DNA of 57,537 nt from Methanobrevibacter sp. (GCF_045541095.1 NZ_JAZQIJ010000220.1:1-57537), one strand, 5' to 3'; numbered from the stretch's first letter, positions 11,223 to 23,338 are shown. Notes: generated by a model from the sequence alone, not told the origin. Numbers and translations are program-made.

Positions 11223-13792
11223 TTATCTTTTAACTTTAAGTTTAACAGTTTTACTTGAAGAGAAATAGTATTTATTTCCAGCAAATTTAATTTTAGCCTT
11301 AAAAGTACCTTTTTTAGTTAATTTATTGATTTAAAAGTAGCTTTACCATATTTATTGGTTTTTGCTACATATGTTTTGCCTTTGACTTTAAGTTTAACTG
11401 TTACTTTTGACAATGCTTTTTTAAGATTGTTTTTTAAAGTGACAGAATACATCTTTTTCTTTTTAGACAATTTGAATACTTTATTTTTGGCATATAAACT
11501 GATTTTAGCTTTTTTGATAATGATTTTAGCATTTGCATTGGATTTAACATATTTACCGGTTCCGGCAAAGGAGATTTTTGCAGTATATGTTTTAGGAACT
11601 GCATTTATAAGCAGCCTGATCTGGCCTTTGGCGTCTGTTACCCTATTGTAGATTTTACCGTTTTAGGGAAACGGACAATTTAACACCCCTTATAGCACTT
11701 CCGTTGCCATCCTTTAAAGTTGCAGTCAAATATTTTCCTTTATTATATACCATCTGCAAATTCTTCACAGAAATTTGTGTTTTGATTGGAGATAAAACTG
11801 TAATGTTGTTTGTGGCGCCTTCGGATGTTTCCGGATTTTCGGTAGTGATTATATAATTTCCAGGTTTCAAGTCAATATCCAAAAGACAAACACCATTTTC
11901 ATCTGTCATGCCATAATATGCGCTGCCATTAATATCAAATGTAACATTGGAATTTGCAAGCGCATTGCCTTCGCTGTCAACGAATGCGGCTTTGAATTTT
12001 AATCCGTCACCATAATATTTTATCAAATCACTGGTTTCGATAGATTTGATTACAATAAAATTATCTCTGAATTCATTTGTTTCAAGATTGAATGTTCTTA
12101 TGACATACATGCCTGGAAACAGGTGAACATTGAATTGGACAAAACCGTTTTCATCACCGTAAAGATCATGCAGATTATCCAATAATTTAAAGTCGACTTC
12201 CCCACCAGGCAAAGTTTCACCATTTTCTCCAATAAATGATACATTATACTGGAAAGAATTGCAGTAGAATAACTCCACATCCTCTGTAAATAATGTCTGT
12301 TTGATGATTATGTGCGCATCTGTCTGATTTTTGCCGAAAATACCGTCATATGATACAATTGCATCGTACTCACCGACATCCAACATCAGCACCAATGTTG
12401 CCAATCCTTCGCTGGTAACTTCCCTAACGTAAGTATTTCCAGCTATTTGTATGGTTACATTTTCACCTGCCAAACTTCTGCCGTACAGGTCTGTCAGATT
12501 GATTTTCAATCCATGAGAATATCCCTTATAAACATTGACATCATCAGATTTTATTATGATACCATAATCTGTTGCATATCCCGTCATATCCATTTCATAT
12601 GAGGTGTTTTCAATATATGAATGGACCTTGAAGGTTCCTTTAGCCTTTGGTCTGACTTTCAAGGAGATGTCCTTTGTGGAGTTCATGGCCGCACCTGCCA
12701 GTACAAAGTATGATTATTTGTATCATAATCATAACTTCCGCAGGATAGCTCTGCATCAATAAACTCTAAATTTTCATCAAGACTGAAAGCTAGGGTGTTT
12801 GAACTGTCAATATCATATATTCTGTAGTGAATATCGGTATCCTTACCGACCAATGCGTTTTTCACATTGTCGGCAAGTTCAAATGTCCTGTCAATTTTCT
12901 GATTTTTGAATATATGGGTTCCGACATACATCTTTTCCGGAAGTTCCGGAATTTGAGATGGAGGATAATATACTGAATCATAATAGAAATAGGTGACAAT
13001 GTGTGAAATGTTTAAACCCGCACCATGACCGTTATCATTGGCTGCGAATGTATCTGCACCCCAATACAGACTGTTTCCAACATCATGAGGTTTTATATAA
13101 TATGAATAGAAATTTCTTTTGTTCCAGCCGGTATCATCATAAAAACAGATTTCATTAATTGCATCTATCGGATTTGAATTATAATCCTTATAGTTACCTC
13201 CTCTAAATAAAAAAGGAACGTTTGGAACTACAAGAAATTCGCCGGGATGCAGAATTCCGGTATAAATGCTATCATAAAAAACTACGCCATATCGTCCATC
13301 AGGAGATTTGATGAGGAAATGTCCATACTCAAATTTTTTTAAAACATTCTGAACCTGAGTGAGATCTCCCATTGAAATGTTATCGGAAAGAATCATATTC
13401 CCTGCTGACGCTTCAATGGATAAGCTATCGTTGTCGTATTGACTGCCTCCCTGACTCATGACCCAACCGGTTTCAGTAATGATGCTGTGGGTAAAATACC
13501 TTTGAGGATTGTCAATCTCCTGTCTTATTATATCCATACCGTTCCAGGTCTGATTATTAATCTTCACCCCATTACCGTTAAGAGGAGAATCCTGTCTGAA
13601 ACCTTAAACCGTTTCATTACCCTCTTCCTGAATAATGAAAGAACAGCAACCTGATTCTTCATCATACAGAATCTCTGAAACTTCTGAACTGTCTATTTTA
13701 AAATCTGCAGCATCAGTTTGATTTAAATCACTTGCAGATACTGCAGTAATTGATAAAAATAGAAACAGCAATAAAATTAATTTTCTCTTCAT
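11223..13792 (-). pseudogene. Adhesin-like surface protein pseudogene (signal peptide, GCCS domain, DUF11-like, Ig-like repeats)
   Basis: Continuous reading interrupted by an in-frame TAA (13604-13606) and frameshifts near 12686, 11662 and 11331; ends with typical Lys-rich ...KTVKLKVKR*. Confidence 0.85.
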
Positions 13793-13918
13793 ATGTTTAT
13801 CCCCAGTTGAAAATATTAAACAAATAATAATATTTTAAATTAGAAATTACAAATAAGTTTGTAAAACACACCGGAGATAAAAATTTTTAACAAACAAGTT
13901 TTTGAAAGAATTGAACCA

Positions 13919-14779
13919 TTAAATTTTAACCTGACGACCCTTTCTATTTTTGAAAAATATTTTTGCATTTATCATTGGTAGTGTGACCAAATCCTGGGGA
14001 AGAAACGGCCCATAAACCTGCTCATCAACACCAACTATGGCATCGACTTCATCAAAAACGAGCATTGTAACCAGTTCAGTGTCTTTGGCGATTTTTTGAG
14101 ATTCCAGATCATAAAATTCTTCAACCTCATCAGCGGCATTTGGATTATCTTCAATATCTGTGACTACAGGCTCTTTTTTAGGTTGAGTTTTAACTTGGGA
14201 ATCCCTTATCTGCTTTTCAATTGGTTCCCTTTTCTCATCAACTATAGTTTTGGCATTTTTAATCTCTTCCAATCTGTTTAAAACCTTATCTTCACTTTTT
14301 GGAGCCTCATCTGGTGCGTCCAAGGTAGTTGCACGTGTGGTTTCAGGCTGGACTTTGACAGGTTTTTCCTCTTCACCATCTTCTGACAATTTTTCAAGTG
14401 AAATGTTATGCCTATGATTTTTTAAAGTGTCAATCAGAGAATAATAGAACTGTTCCTCTTCGGGAGTCAAATTCAGGGGAGTGGTATCGACCAGATCAAA
14501 TTCAGGCCTTCCGGTAAACAGATGATAAGACCTGTGAATATTCAAAACTGCAGAATTTGTAATTTTGGTTTCTCTTCTTTGACAAATCTCTGTAGCTATG
14601 ATTTGGGCTTCTTTGAGCATTGCAGGCGCTTTAGAAAATGGATCGCTCATTGCGTCTCTTTTTAACTGGTCCATATATTCGTGAATATCATTATAAAATG
14701 TCTCTTCTACACGAGCTAAAGTACCGTTATTACGCTCTTTCTTTTGAATTTTACGCAAGATTTGATAAAACTGATCCAC
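13919..14779 (-). CDS. gins: GINS complex subunit Gins51 (Gins15)
   Basis: N-terminal helical A domain, acidic linker, C-terminal IVGVDEQVYGPF-x-PQDLVTLP B domain; directly downstream of PCNA. Confidence 0.85.
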   Translation of the reverse strand: MDQFYQILRKIQKKERNNGTLARVEETFYNDIHEYMDQLKRDAMSDPFSKAPAMLKEAQIIATEICQRRETKITNSAVLNIHRSYHLFTGRPEFDLVDTTPLNLTPEEEQFYYSLIDTLKNHRHNISLEKLSEDGEEEKPVKVQPETTRATTLDAPDEAPKSEDKVLNRLEEIKNAKTIVDEKREPIEKQIRDSQVKTQPKKEPVVTDIEDNPNAADEVEEFYDLESQKIAKDTELVTMLVFDEVDAIVGVDEQVYGPFLPQDLVTLPMINAKIFFKNRKGRQVKI

Positions 14780-14833
14780 TTAATACCATCTCAAAATTAG
14801 TCGGTTGAAATAAAAAAAAGTAAACAAATGAAA

Positions 14834-15568
14834 TTATTCATCTGTTTCTAGTCTAGGAGCAAGCAAGAAACTCAATTTACCGTCACCAGTAACCATATTA
14901 AGGGTTAAACTTAACGGCATGTCGGTACCTAAACCAATTTCCGCTTCCTCTGAAAATTTGTCTGCTTTAAGCATTTCTCTAATCTTATCCAATGAGAACA
15001 AAGATTTTGCATGTTCGGAGATGTTTTCTCCATGGAGATATTTGATACTGGCATCACCAAATTCACCATCAGCAGATGCAATAAAGTAATCTTCATCAAC
15101 TTGGAAAGCAATCTTATCAGAAAAGATGTCAATATCGTTGATACAATCTTTCAAGATAGAGAAACGTACTTTAAATGATGTTGGATGTTCAATTTGAGGT
15201 GGAACAGGATTATCATATTCCATATCAATCAATCTTATTTTGAAAGTTCTTGTAGCATCACCTTCAAAAGTAATGATGAAATTACCTTCATCCACAGACA
15301 TTAAAACTCTGTCTTGAGATTTTGCACGTTTGAGAACCCTCATGAATTCATCAGTATCAATGTTAATCTTTTCAGGAACATCACAAATATATTCATCAAA
15401 TAAACTAGATTTAAGCTCTAAATGAACGAAAGTTATGTGACTACGGTCTAAGGCATCTAATCTCATGCCTTCACTGTCAGTTTGAATCTGTACTTCATCT
15501 ACAATGGATGAAATCGCATCAAAACTGGTTTTTAATATACTAGAATCACTTAATTCTGCTTTAAACAT
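14834..15568 (-). CDS. pcn: DNA sliding clamp PCNA
   Basis: ALDRSHI, DMPL and FLLAPR motifs, 244 aa. Confidence 0.96.
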   Translation of the reverse strand: MFKAELSDSSILKTSFDAISSIVDEVQIQTDSEGMRLDALDRSHITFVHLELKSSLFDEYICDVPEKINIDTDEFMRVLKRAKSQDRVLMSVDEGNFIITFEGDATRTFKIRLIDMEYDNPVPPQIEHPTSFKVRFSILKDCINDIDIFSDKIAFQVDEDYFIASADGEFGDASIKYLHGENISEHAKSLFSLDKIREMLKADKFSEEAEIGLGTDMPLSLTLNMVTGDGKLSFLLAPRLETDE

Positions 15569-15640
15569 AAATAATCCTCTATTCAGTAATGATATTATAT
15601 TTATTTTTTATACTATAATAAGTTTACTTTTAAGACACGC

Positions 15641-16414
15641 TTATTGATTAGAGGCTTTTTTCATTGATGAGACATATTCCTTTAGAGCTTCTGCTGCATC
15701 TTCACCATGTTCCTCAATGATTTTTACAATAGCACTGCCCACAATAACCCCATCGGCAATTTTGCCTATTTCACTAGCCTGTTCAGGAGTATTGATTCCA
15801 AAACCCACAGCCAGAGGCAAATCGGTTACATCGCGAATATCCTCTAAAATTGATTTCAAATCTGTTTTTATCTCTGAACGCATTCCGGTTACTCCCAGTG
15901 AGGATACGACATAAATAAAACCTGAAGCATCGGCCGCTATCTTTTGAATTCTTTCTTTGGAAGTAGGTGCAATCAGTGATATGACATCAACATCATTTTT
16001 ACGGGCAATGTCTGCAATTTCCCCTTTTTCCTCATAAGGCAGGTCCGGAGAAATTATTCCATCAACTCCCAACTCATTACACTTTTTAAAGAATTTTTCA
16101 TAACCATAAAAGAAAACCGGATTAATGTAAGTCAAAAATACCAGAGGAATATCTGTTTTTTCACGAATTGCCTTAACTATGGAGAACACATCATCTGTTG
16201 TAGTGTTATGTTTCAGTGCCCTTACATTGGCATCCTGAATAACTACACCTTCAGCCATAGGATCTGAAAATGGAATGCCTATCTCTATTAAATCACATCC
16301 TGCTTCCTCCATTGCCAAAACAAACTCGACGGTTTTTTCGATTGTCGGATCTCCGGCAGTTAAAAATCCAATGAAGGCCTTTCCATTTTTGAATGCATTT
16401 GCTATCTTACTCAC
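15641..16414 (-). CDS. trpA: Tryptophan synthase alpha subunit
   Basis: [17 protein letters not shown] and VIVGSA motifs. Confidence 0.96.
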   Translation of the reverse strand: MSKIANAFKNGKAFIGFLTAGDPTIEKTVEFVLAMEEAGCDLIEIGIPFSDPMAEGVVIQDANVRALKHNTTTDDVFSIVKAIREKTDIPLVFLTYINPVFFYGYEKFFKKCNELGVDGIISPDLPYEEKGEIADIARKNDVDVISLIAPTSKERIQKIAADASGFIYVVSSLGVTGMRSEIKTDLKSILEDIRDVTDLPLAVGFGINTPEQASEIGKIADGVIVGSAIVKIIEEHGEDAAEALKEYVSSMKKASNQ

Positions 16415-17591
16415 CTAAATCAACTCCCCTATATTCTGCAATTGATCTTACATCCTTATCTCCCCTTCCGGAAAGACAAATCATAATTATATCATCCTCA
16501 TCCATTGTCGGAGCAATTTTAATGGCATGGGCTACTGCATGCGCACTTTCAATAGCCGGAATAATTCCTTCCATTCTTGATAAATATTCAAATGCATCGA
16601 CCGCTTCCTCATCGGTGACTGGAACATATTCAGCCCTTCCGATATCTCTCAGGTATGCATGCTCCGGACCGACACCAGGATAGTCAAGACCTGCTGAAAC
16701 TGAGTAAACCGGTGCAATCTGACCGTAATCTCCCTGATTGAATATTGATTTCATTCCATGAAATATTCCGATTTTACCTTTGGTAAGTGCGGCGGCATTA
16801 TATGGAGTGTCAACACCTTTTCCACCGGCTTCACATCCAATGAGCTTAACATCCTCATCATCTATGAAATTGTAAAAGGCACCCATCGCATTACTTCCGC
16901 CACCAACACAGGCAATTACTGCTGTTGGAAGTCTGCCTTCCTTGTCCAGAAATTGCTGGCGAGCTTCAGCACTTATTACTGCCTGAAAATCACGAACAAT
17001 CATTGGAAACGGATGCGGTCCCATTGTGGAACCGATTACATAATTAGTATCTCCAACTCGAGCAATCCAGTCTCTGAATGCATCGTTAACCGCATCTTTT
17101 AGAGTTTTGGTTCCTGATTTTACATGATGAACTTTGGCTCCAAGCAATTCCATTCTGTAAACATTTAAAGCCTGTCTTTTGGTATCGACCTCGCCCATGA
17201 ACACTTCACATTCCATGTCCAGCAGCGCAGCGGCAGTTGCAGTTGCAACACCATGTTGGCCCGCACCTGTTTCTGCAATCACTCTTGTCTTGCCCATTTT
17301 TTTAGCAAGCAAAACCTGTCCCAAAACATTGTTGATTTTATGGGCTCCGGTGTGATTTAAATCTTCACGTTTAAGATAAATTTTTGCACCGCCAAGGTCT
17401 TCTGTCATTCTTTTAGCATAATACAATAAAGATGGCCTTCCGGCATATTCTTTAAGTAGAGTATTCAATTCCTCTACAAAGTCGGGGTCGTTCATGTAAT
17501 GATTATACTGCTCTTCCAGATACAGCAGCTCATTCATCAATGTTTCGGATATGTATTGACCACCGTATTCTCCATATCGTCCTTTACTCAA
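16407..17591 (-). CDS. trpB: Tryptophan synthase beta subunit (TrpB1)
   Basis: [29 protein letters not shown] and LSGRGDKD. Confidence 0.97.
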   Translation of the reverse strand: MSKGRYGEYGGQYISETLMNELLYLEEQYNHYMNDPDFVEELNTLLKEYAGRPSLLYYAKRMTEDLGGAKIYLKREDLNHTGAHKINNVLGQVLLAKKMGKTRVIAETGAGQHGVATATAAALLDMECEVFMGEVDTKRQALNVYRMELLGAKVHHVKSGTKTLKDAVNDAFRDWIARVGDTNYVIGSTMGPHPFPMIVRDFQAVISAEARQQFLDKEGRLPTAVIACVGGGSNAMGAFYNFIDDEDVKLIGCEAGGKGVDTPYNAAALTKGKIGIFHGMKSIFNQGDYGQIAPVYSVSAGLDYPGVGPEHAYLRDIGRAEYVPVTDEEAVDAFEYLSRMEGIIPAIESAHAVAHAIKIAPTMDEDDIIMICLSGRGDKDVRSIAEYRGVDLGE

Positions 17592-18187
17592 TTTATGACC
17601 TCCATAATTTCTCTAATCTTAGTTTCATCTTTAACTCCATCAGTTTCAAGTCCTGAACTTAAATCAATAGCATAAGGATCAAATTCATCGATAGCTTCGC
17701 GAATGTTTGAAATGTTAATTCCTCCGGCCAGGAAAAAATCCTTGTTAATATCACCCTTAATCAAACTCCAATCAAAGGTTTTGCCGCTGCCCTTTCCACT
17801 GTCAAACAGCAGATAATCTGCCTCGGAATTATCATATTTTTGAAAATCAGAATTATGTGAAATTTCAATTGCATTAATGATTTTCAATTCACTATTTGAT
17901 TTTTCTTTTAGACTATTAATATAATCTTCACTTTCATCGCCATGAAGTTGAGCAATTTCTATAATCCCATCATCAAACAACTTCAATATCTCATCCTGGG
18001 ATGCATCTACAAAAACACCTACAGAAACAATGTCGTCAGATAATTTTACTTTCATTTGAGATGCAAGTTCATGTGTGACCTTTCTTTTGGAATCTGCAAA
18101 TACAAAACCGACATAATCAGGTTTGTATCTGTTTACTATTTCAATATCCTTCAAACTCCTAAGTCCACACATCTTAATTTTAACCAT
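17588..18187 (-). CDS. trpF: Phosphoribosylanthranilate isomerase
   Basis: KMCGL, QLHGDE, FLAGG and DLSSG. Confidence 0.95.
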   Translation of the reverse strand: MVKIKMCGLRSLKDIEIVNRYKPDYVGFVFADSKRKVTHELASQMKVKLSDDIVSVGVFVDASQDEILKLFDDGIIEIAQLHGDESEDYINSLKEKSNSELKIINAIEISHNSDFQKYDNSEADYLLFDSGKGSGKTFDWSLIKGDINKDFFLAGGINISNIREAIDEFDPYAIDLSSGLETDGVKDETKIREIMEVIN

Positions 18188-18956
18188 TCTTCAACTCCGA
18201 AATCATAGTCTTTTTATCATCACTTTTCATTAAAGTTTCACCTATTAAAACAGCATCAACATTATTTTCTTTTAATCTCCTTACATCTTCCGGTGTTTTA
18301 ATGCCACTTTCTGAAATAAATATAATATCTTCACCAACACATCTACGTAGACTTATGCTGTTTTCAATGTCTACACTGAAATCTGTCAGATCCCTATTAT
18401 TTACACCAACTATTTCAGCGCCAACATTCAGGGCAGTCCGAATTTCATTTCCATCATGGGTTTCTACAATAGCGGAAAGGCCCAAATCATGTGCCAAATC
18501 CAAAAATTTCTTTAACTCGACAATGGACAAAATAGATACAATCAACAGAACTGCAGAGGCTCCAAGCAATTTTGCCTCCCAAATCATATACTCATCGATG
18601 ATAAAATCCTTTCTTAAAATAGGGAGCGAAACATTTTGTGAAATTTCCTTCAGATATTCGTTGGACCCCTTAAAAAAGTATGGTTCGGTTAAAACTGATA
18701 TTGCAGATGCCCCCGCATCCTCATAGTCCTTTGCAATGAACACGTAATCAAAATCTTCAGCAATCAAACCTTTTGAAGGGGATGCCCTTTTTACTTCAGC
18801 AATTATTGCAATATCCTCACCTGACAATGCTTTTTTGAAAGGAAAATCATCAGTGATTTTTAATTTTTCAACTTCTTTTTTAAGTTCTTCCAAAGGTTTA
18901 TCCTTTTTAGCCTCTTCTAATCTCTCTTTAGTTTTTTCTACTATTTTATCCAACAT
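18180..18956 (-). CDS. trpC: Indole-3-glycerol phosphate synthase
   Basis: IAEVKRASPSKG, LRKDFI, GVNNR and SESGI. Confidence 0.96.
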   Translation of the reverse strand: MLDKIVEKTKERLEEAKKDKPLEELKKEVEKLKITDDFPFKKALSGEDIAIIAEVKRASPSKGLIAEDFDYVFIAKDYEDAGASAISVLTEPYFFKGSNEYLKEISQNVSLPILRKDFIIDEYMIWEAKLLGASAVLLIVSILSIVELKKFLDLAHDLGLSAIVETHDGNEIRTALNVGAEIVGVNNRDLTDFSVDIENSISLRRCVGEDIIFISESGIKTPEDVRRLKENNVDAVLIGETLMKSDDKKTMISELKNG

Positions 18957-18961
18957 TTTAA

Positions 18962-19969
18962 TCAGCTGTTTGTAAATTCTATAAAACTTTCAAGTTGCTT
19001 TAATGCCTTTCCGGAGTCAATTATTTCCTCTGCCAGCCTAACGCCTTCAAGCAGGGATTCAACCTTGCCTGCAACATATAGGCCTGCAGCCGAATTCAGC
19101 AAAACCGCATTTCTTTTAGGACCTTTTTCTCCGTTCAGGATGTCCAAAGTAATTTGAGCATTTTCTTTTGGATTTCCTCCAACCAAATCATCTTTGGATG
19201 CCTTTTCCATACCAAAGTATTCCGGAGTAATCTCATAAGACATTATTTCCCCATCCTTGAGTTCACAGACTGCAGTTTTATCACTTGCAGATATTTCATC
19301 CATGCCATCCAAACCGTAAACTGTGAATGCGGATTTTACGCCCAAGTTTTTTAATACTTTTGTCAGAGGTTCTACAAGTTCCTTATCATATACTCCCAAA
19401 ACTTCCATGCTGGCTCCTGCAGGACTGGTAAGAGGTCCCAAAATATTGAAGATTGTTCTGATTGAAAGTTCCTTTCGAACTCCCGCAACATATTTCATTG
19501 CCAAATGATAGTTTTGAGCGAACAGGAAACACAGATTAATTTCCTTTAGGCACTTTAAACTTTTTTCAGGGTCAATGTGAATATTAACCCCCAGTTCTTC
19601 CAAAACATCTGCTGCACCACACTTGCTTGATGCTGATCTGTTTCCATGCTTTGCAACAGGAACTCCGGCAGCGGAAATGACAATTGAAGATGTTGTGGAT
19701 ATATTGAAAGTGTTTGAACCGTCACCACCTGTCCCGACAATTTCAAGGACATCCTCATCATTCAATAACCTTACACAATGAGCCCTCATAGCTTCAGCAG
19801 AAGCGGTGATTTCATCAATTGTTTCCCCTTTCATTGACATTGCAGTCAAATAAGCACTCATCTGAACTTCACTTGCTTCACCACTCATGATTTCATCCAT
19901 GGTCTGGTATGCTTCATCATAAGTTAAATCTTCATGTTGATATACTTTTAAAATAGCTTCCTTAATCAT
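18962..19969 (-). CDS. trpD: Anthranilate phosphoribosyltransferase
   Basis: GTGGDG, FNIST and KHGNR. Confidence 0.96.
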   Translation of the reverse strand: MIKEAILKVYQHEDLTYDEAYQTMDEIMSGEASEVQMSAYLTAMSMKGETIDEITASAEAMRAHCVRLLNDEDVLEIVGTGGDGSNTFNISTTSSIVISAAGVPVAKHGNRSASSKCGAADVLEELGVNIHIDPEKSLKCLKEINLCFLFAQNYHLAMKYVAGVRKELSIRTIFNILGPLTSPAGASMEVLGVYDKELVEPLTKVLKNLGVKSAFTVYGLDGMDEISASDKTAVCELKDGEIMSYEITPEYFGMEKASKDDLVGGNPKENAQITLDILNGEKGPKRNAVLLNSAAGLYVAGKVESLLEGVRLAEEIIDSGKALKQLESFIEFTNS

Positions 19970-20550
19970 AAAATCCCTCTTTCTACTTTTTCAATGAAAT
20001 TAGTTAATATTGTCAGTCCGTCAGGTGTCAGAATAGATTCCGGATGGAATTGAAGTCCATAAATATTATACTCCTTATGTTTAACCGCCATGATTTCCCC
20101 ATCATCCCTGGCTTTGGATAAAACTTCCAAACAATCAGGAAGAGTATCCGGATTAAGACTTAAAGAATGATATCTGCCGACACTTATCTCAGAAGGCAGT
20201 CCTTTAAACAGATAATCATAGTCAAGAGAAACTTTTGATGCCTTTCCATGCATTAACCTTTTAGCGTGGGAAATTTCCCCACCAAATGCTGCACAAATTG
20301 CCTGATGACCCAGACAAACGCCCAATATCGGAATCATGTCATAAAATTCAAAAACAATATCCATGCAAATCCCGGCATTTTCCGGCCTCCCCGGTCCCGG
20401 AGATAAAATAATGCAATCAGGATTCAACTGATGAATTTCATCTAAGGTAATCTTGTCGTTTCTCACAACCCTGATGTCGGAGTCGATTTCACCTACCAGC
20501 TGAAACAGATTATAGGAAAAACTGTCATAGTTGTCAATTAAAAGAATCAT
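19966..20550 (-). CDS. trpG: Anthranilate synthase component II
   Basis: [19 protein letters not shown] and QFHPES. Confidence 0.95.
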   Translation of the reverse strand: MILLIDNYDSFSYNLFQLVGEIDSDIRVVRNDKITLDEIHQLNPDCIILSPGPGRPENAGICMDIVFEFYDMIPILGVCLGHQAICAAFGGEISHAKRLMHGKASKVSLDYDYLFKGLPSEISVGRYHSLSLNPDTLPDCLEVLSKARDDGEIMAVKHKEYNIYGLQFHPESILTPDGLTILTNFIEKVERGIL

Positions 20551-22043
20551 TCTATACCTCCATCAGCAATTTTTAATGCATTTATTACTGCCGCTGCCTT
20601 ATTAAGACATTCTTCAAATTCGCTTTCAGGAACACTGTCTGCAACAATTCCAGCCCCTGAACGTATGAACACCTTATTATTTCTTGCAAAAGCGATTCTG
20701 ATTGAAATGCAGGTATCCAGATTGCCGCTTAAATCAATGTATCCTATTGCACCGCCGTAAATCCCTCTTTTATTATCTTCAAGTTCGTTTATTATCTCAC
20801 ATGCCCTTATCTTCGGAGCCCCAGACAAAGTTCCGGCAGGAAGAATGGAATCGATTGCTGAAAGGGAATCCAGATCAGACCTTAAAGTTCCGCTGACTGT
20901 TGAGCCTATGTGCATCACATGGGAAAATCTCTCAACGGAGAGATATTTATCAACATGGACCGAACCGATTTCTGCAATGCGTCCGATGTCATTACGACCC
21001 AAATCAACCAGCATATTATGCTCTGCCAATTCTTTTTCATCAGCCAGCAATTCTTTTTCAAGATTTAAATCCTCTTCTTCGGTTTTGCCCCTAGGTCGTG
21101 TTCCCGCAAGTGGAAATGTATATAAAGTCCTGTCAGTCAGCTTTACCAAGGTTTCGGGAGAAGCACCGGCTATTTCAATGTCATCACTTGAAAAGTAAAA
21201 CATGTAAGGGGAAGGATTGGTTGTTCTTAAAACCCTGTACGTATCAAACAGGCTTCCGGAAATGTCCGCCTCAATCCTGTTTGAAAGAACAACCTGAAAA
21301 ATGTCACCGTCTCTAATATAGTTTTTTGCCTTTAAAACCATATCACAATATTTTTCTTTTGAAAATACCGGTTTGAAATCAGATTTTAATTTTAAAGGAA
21401 CAATTTCAGCTTTTTTACCATTTTTAATAAGGTCGGCTATTTCCTTTAGTTCCTTGCATGCGTTTTCATAATTTTCTTCAACATTATCCAATCTGATATT
21501 TGCAATAAGGATAATTTTCTGCTTGAAATTGTCAAAAGCTATAACCTTATCGAATAGCATTATGTCAATGTCCTTAAACTGGTCCTGGTTTTGGGCATCC
21601 AGATTCAATGAAGGCTCCACATACTTTATATAATCATATGCAAAATAACCTACAAATCCTCCAGCAAACGGAGGCAGATTATCAAATTTTGGAGCCCTGT
21701 TTTTTACAATCAGATCCTTTATAATTTCTCTTGGATCATCTGTTTTTATGACCACTTCATCGTCAGTGAGTTTTTTGAAGTTCTTATCTCCCCTGATACG
21801 CACTTCACCATTTTGACATGTGAACTCCAAAATAGGATTAAAACCTAAAAATGAATATCTTCCCCAGTTTTGTGAATCTTCCACACTTTCCAACATATAA
21901 CAATGCTTACTAATTCTTTTTAGAATTTTTAAAACCTCTATTGGTGTTGCAACATCCGAAAACAGTTCATATGATATCGGAATACATTTATACTCATCAT
22001 TTTGTGAAATATCTTTTACTTCATCTAAACTTGGGAAAAACAT
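20547..22043 (-). CDS. trpE: Anthranilate synthase component I
   Basis: LESVE, NPSPYM, EHNMLVDLGRND and AGTLSGAPK; first gene of the operon. Confidence 0.95.
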   Translation of the reverse strand: MFFPSLDEVKDISQNDEYKCIPISYELFSDVATPIEVLKILKRISKHCYMLESVEDSQNWGRYSFLGFNPILEFTCQNGEVRIRGDKNFKKLTDDEVVIKTDDPREIIKDLIVKNRAPKFDNLPPFAGGFVGYFAYDYIKYVEPSLNLDAQNQDQFKDIDIMLFDKVIAFDNFKQKIILIANIRLDNVEENYENACKELKEIADLIKNGKKAEIVPLKLKSDFKPVFSKEKYCDMVLKAKNYIRDGDIFQVVLSNRIEADISGSLFDTYRVLRTTNPSPYMFYFSSDDIEIAGASPETLVKLTDRTLYTFPLAGTRPRGKTEEEDLNLEKELLADEKELAEHNMLVDLGRNDIGRIAEIGSVHVDKYLSVERFSHVMHIGSTVSGTLRSDLDSLSAIDSILPAGTLSGAPKIRACEIINELEDNKRGIYGGAIGYIDLSGNLDTCISIRIAFARNNKVFIRSGAGIVADSVPESEFEECLNKAAAVINALKIADGGIE

Positions 22044-22069
22044 TTTTATCACTCAATATTATATTAAAT

Positions 22070-22109
22070 AATGTACTATTTAAAACCTTGTTGTCATTTT
22101 TTGTACATT
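22070..22109 (-). promoter_or_regulatory. trp promoter TATA box flanked by TRP-box-like sites
   Basis: Minus strand AATGTACA-N-TTTTAAATAGTACATT: TGTACA (22102-22107) and AGTACA (22072-22077) bracket the TATA box. Confidence 0.55.
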
Positions 22110-22134
22110 AAAAAGTCCTTCCAAAAAAATATAA

Positions 22135-22533
22135 TCATAATTTATCCTGCTCTTTGGAAAACTGAATAACGATTTTTTTGATTTCCCTACTTTCCAGATA
22201 AGGAAGCTTTTCGGTTATTTCCTTTTCCAGATTAGAGTTCAATTCCAATCTTTTTTTAACGTATTCTTCACCGTCGTACTGTGATTTATACTGTTTATTC
22301 AAATTGGAATATTTTGTAATCAGAGGCTGAAGAATAGAACCAATATCCTTATCCAATCTGTCATTGATGATTTTTTGCCTTCTAACTCCCATGAGAAATC
22401 CTACAATGGTAACAAAAAAACCTAAAACAGTTATAGTCAATGCAGGGACAAAAATCTGATGATTATCAATAAACATTATTGTCAAAAAAATTCCAACAAA
22501 TATAAGAAGAATTCCAACTTTTCTTAAATCCAT
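22135..22533 (-). CDS. Hypothetical membrane protein (2 TM)
   Basis: Two N-terminal hydrophobic helices; GGAG RBS. Confidence 0.75.
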   Translation of the reverse strand: MDLRKVGILLIFVGIFLTIMFIDNHQIFVPALTITVLGFFVTIVGFLMGVRRQKIINDRLDKDIGSILQPLITKYSNLNKQYKSQYDGEEYVKKRLELNSNLEKEITEKLPYLESREIKKIVIQFSKEQDKL

Positions 22534-22564
22534 AATAAAACTCCTTAAACAATATCTATAATCT

Positions 22565-23338
22565 TTAATATTTAATATTATTTAATTCTTTAAATATTAA
22601 AAATATTAAAATTATTGCAGAAATTACTGCAAATAAAGATACAGCAGATACAACACCCATATTGGTAAACAAAATCTTGTCAACATCAACAATCCTAATA
22701 ACTTCGGCTAAAAAATTATTTAAAAAGTGAGCCAATATGGGAACCACTATATTATTGCTTTTAAGGTATAAAATCGCCATGCAAATTCCGAAAACAAATG
22801 CGGAAGTGATTGAACCGACACCATGAAGGGATGCGAAAATCAGTGACGAGATTACAACTGCATAAACGGTTGGAACTATCAATCCCAATTTTGAAAGGAA
22901 TACACCCCTAAATACCAATTCTTCGGAAATAGAAGACAAAACCACAGTTGAAAAAAATGCTCCAAAGAGAGATAAACTACTGAATATTGACATGGAAGAA
23001 TCATATACTCCCAATAATAAATTCAAATTCGGAAATGTATTAAAAATGATATCAGTCAGATACAGCATTCCATATGAAAAAAATATGTTCAAAACAACAA
23101 TAAAAACAATTTTTCTAAATAAAATGACGGAAAATACATTTGACACATCTTCCTTAAACCCATCTGAATAATCTTTCAGTTTGTATGCGAAATATAAAAT
23201 CAGTGCAAGAGATATCCAACCAGTTCCAATTGAAATATTAAAATTATCTAAAACATATACAATTACATATAAAGCAATAATTATTATTAAAAGCTGAACA
23301 ATATTAATTTTTTTAAGATTATCGTTAAATAAAGACAT
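22565..23338 (-). CDS. CPBP (CAAX/Abi) intramembrane metalloprotease
   Basis: EELVFRG, FASLH and HFLNN motifs. Confidence 0.88.
   Translation of the reverse strand: MSLFNDNLKKINIVQLLIIIIALYVIVYVLDNFNISIGTGWISLALILYFAYKLKDYSDGFKEDVSNVFSVILFRKIVFIVVLNIFFSYGMLYLTDIIFNTFPNLNLLLGVYDSSMSIFSSLSLFGAFFSTVVLSSISEELVFRGVFLSKLGLIVPTVYAVVISSLIFASLHGVGSITSAFVFGICMAILYLKSNNIVVPILAHFLNNFLAEVIRIVDVDKILFTNMGVVSAVSLFAVISAIILIFLIFKELNNIKY

Noticed and set aside
11328-11665. Phase variation of the adhesin by slipped-strand tracts
   Set aside because: The runs are only 3-4 nt, and an upstream nonsense codon would still block expression
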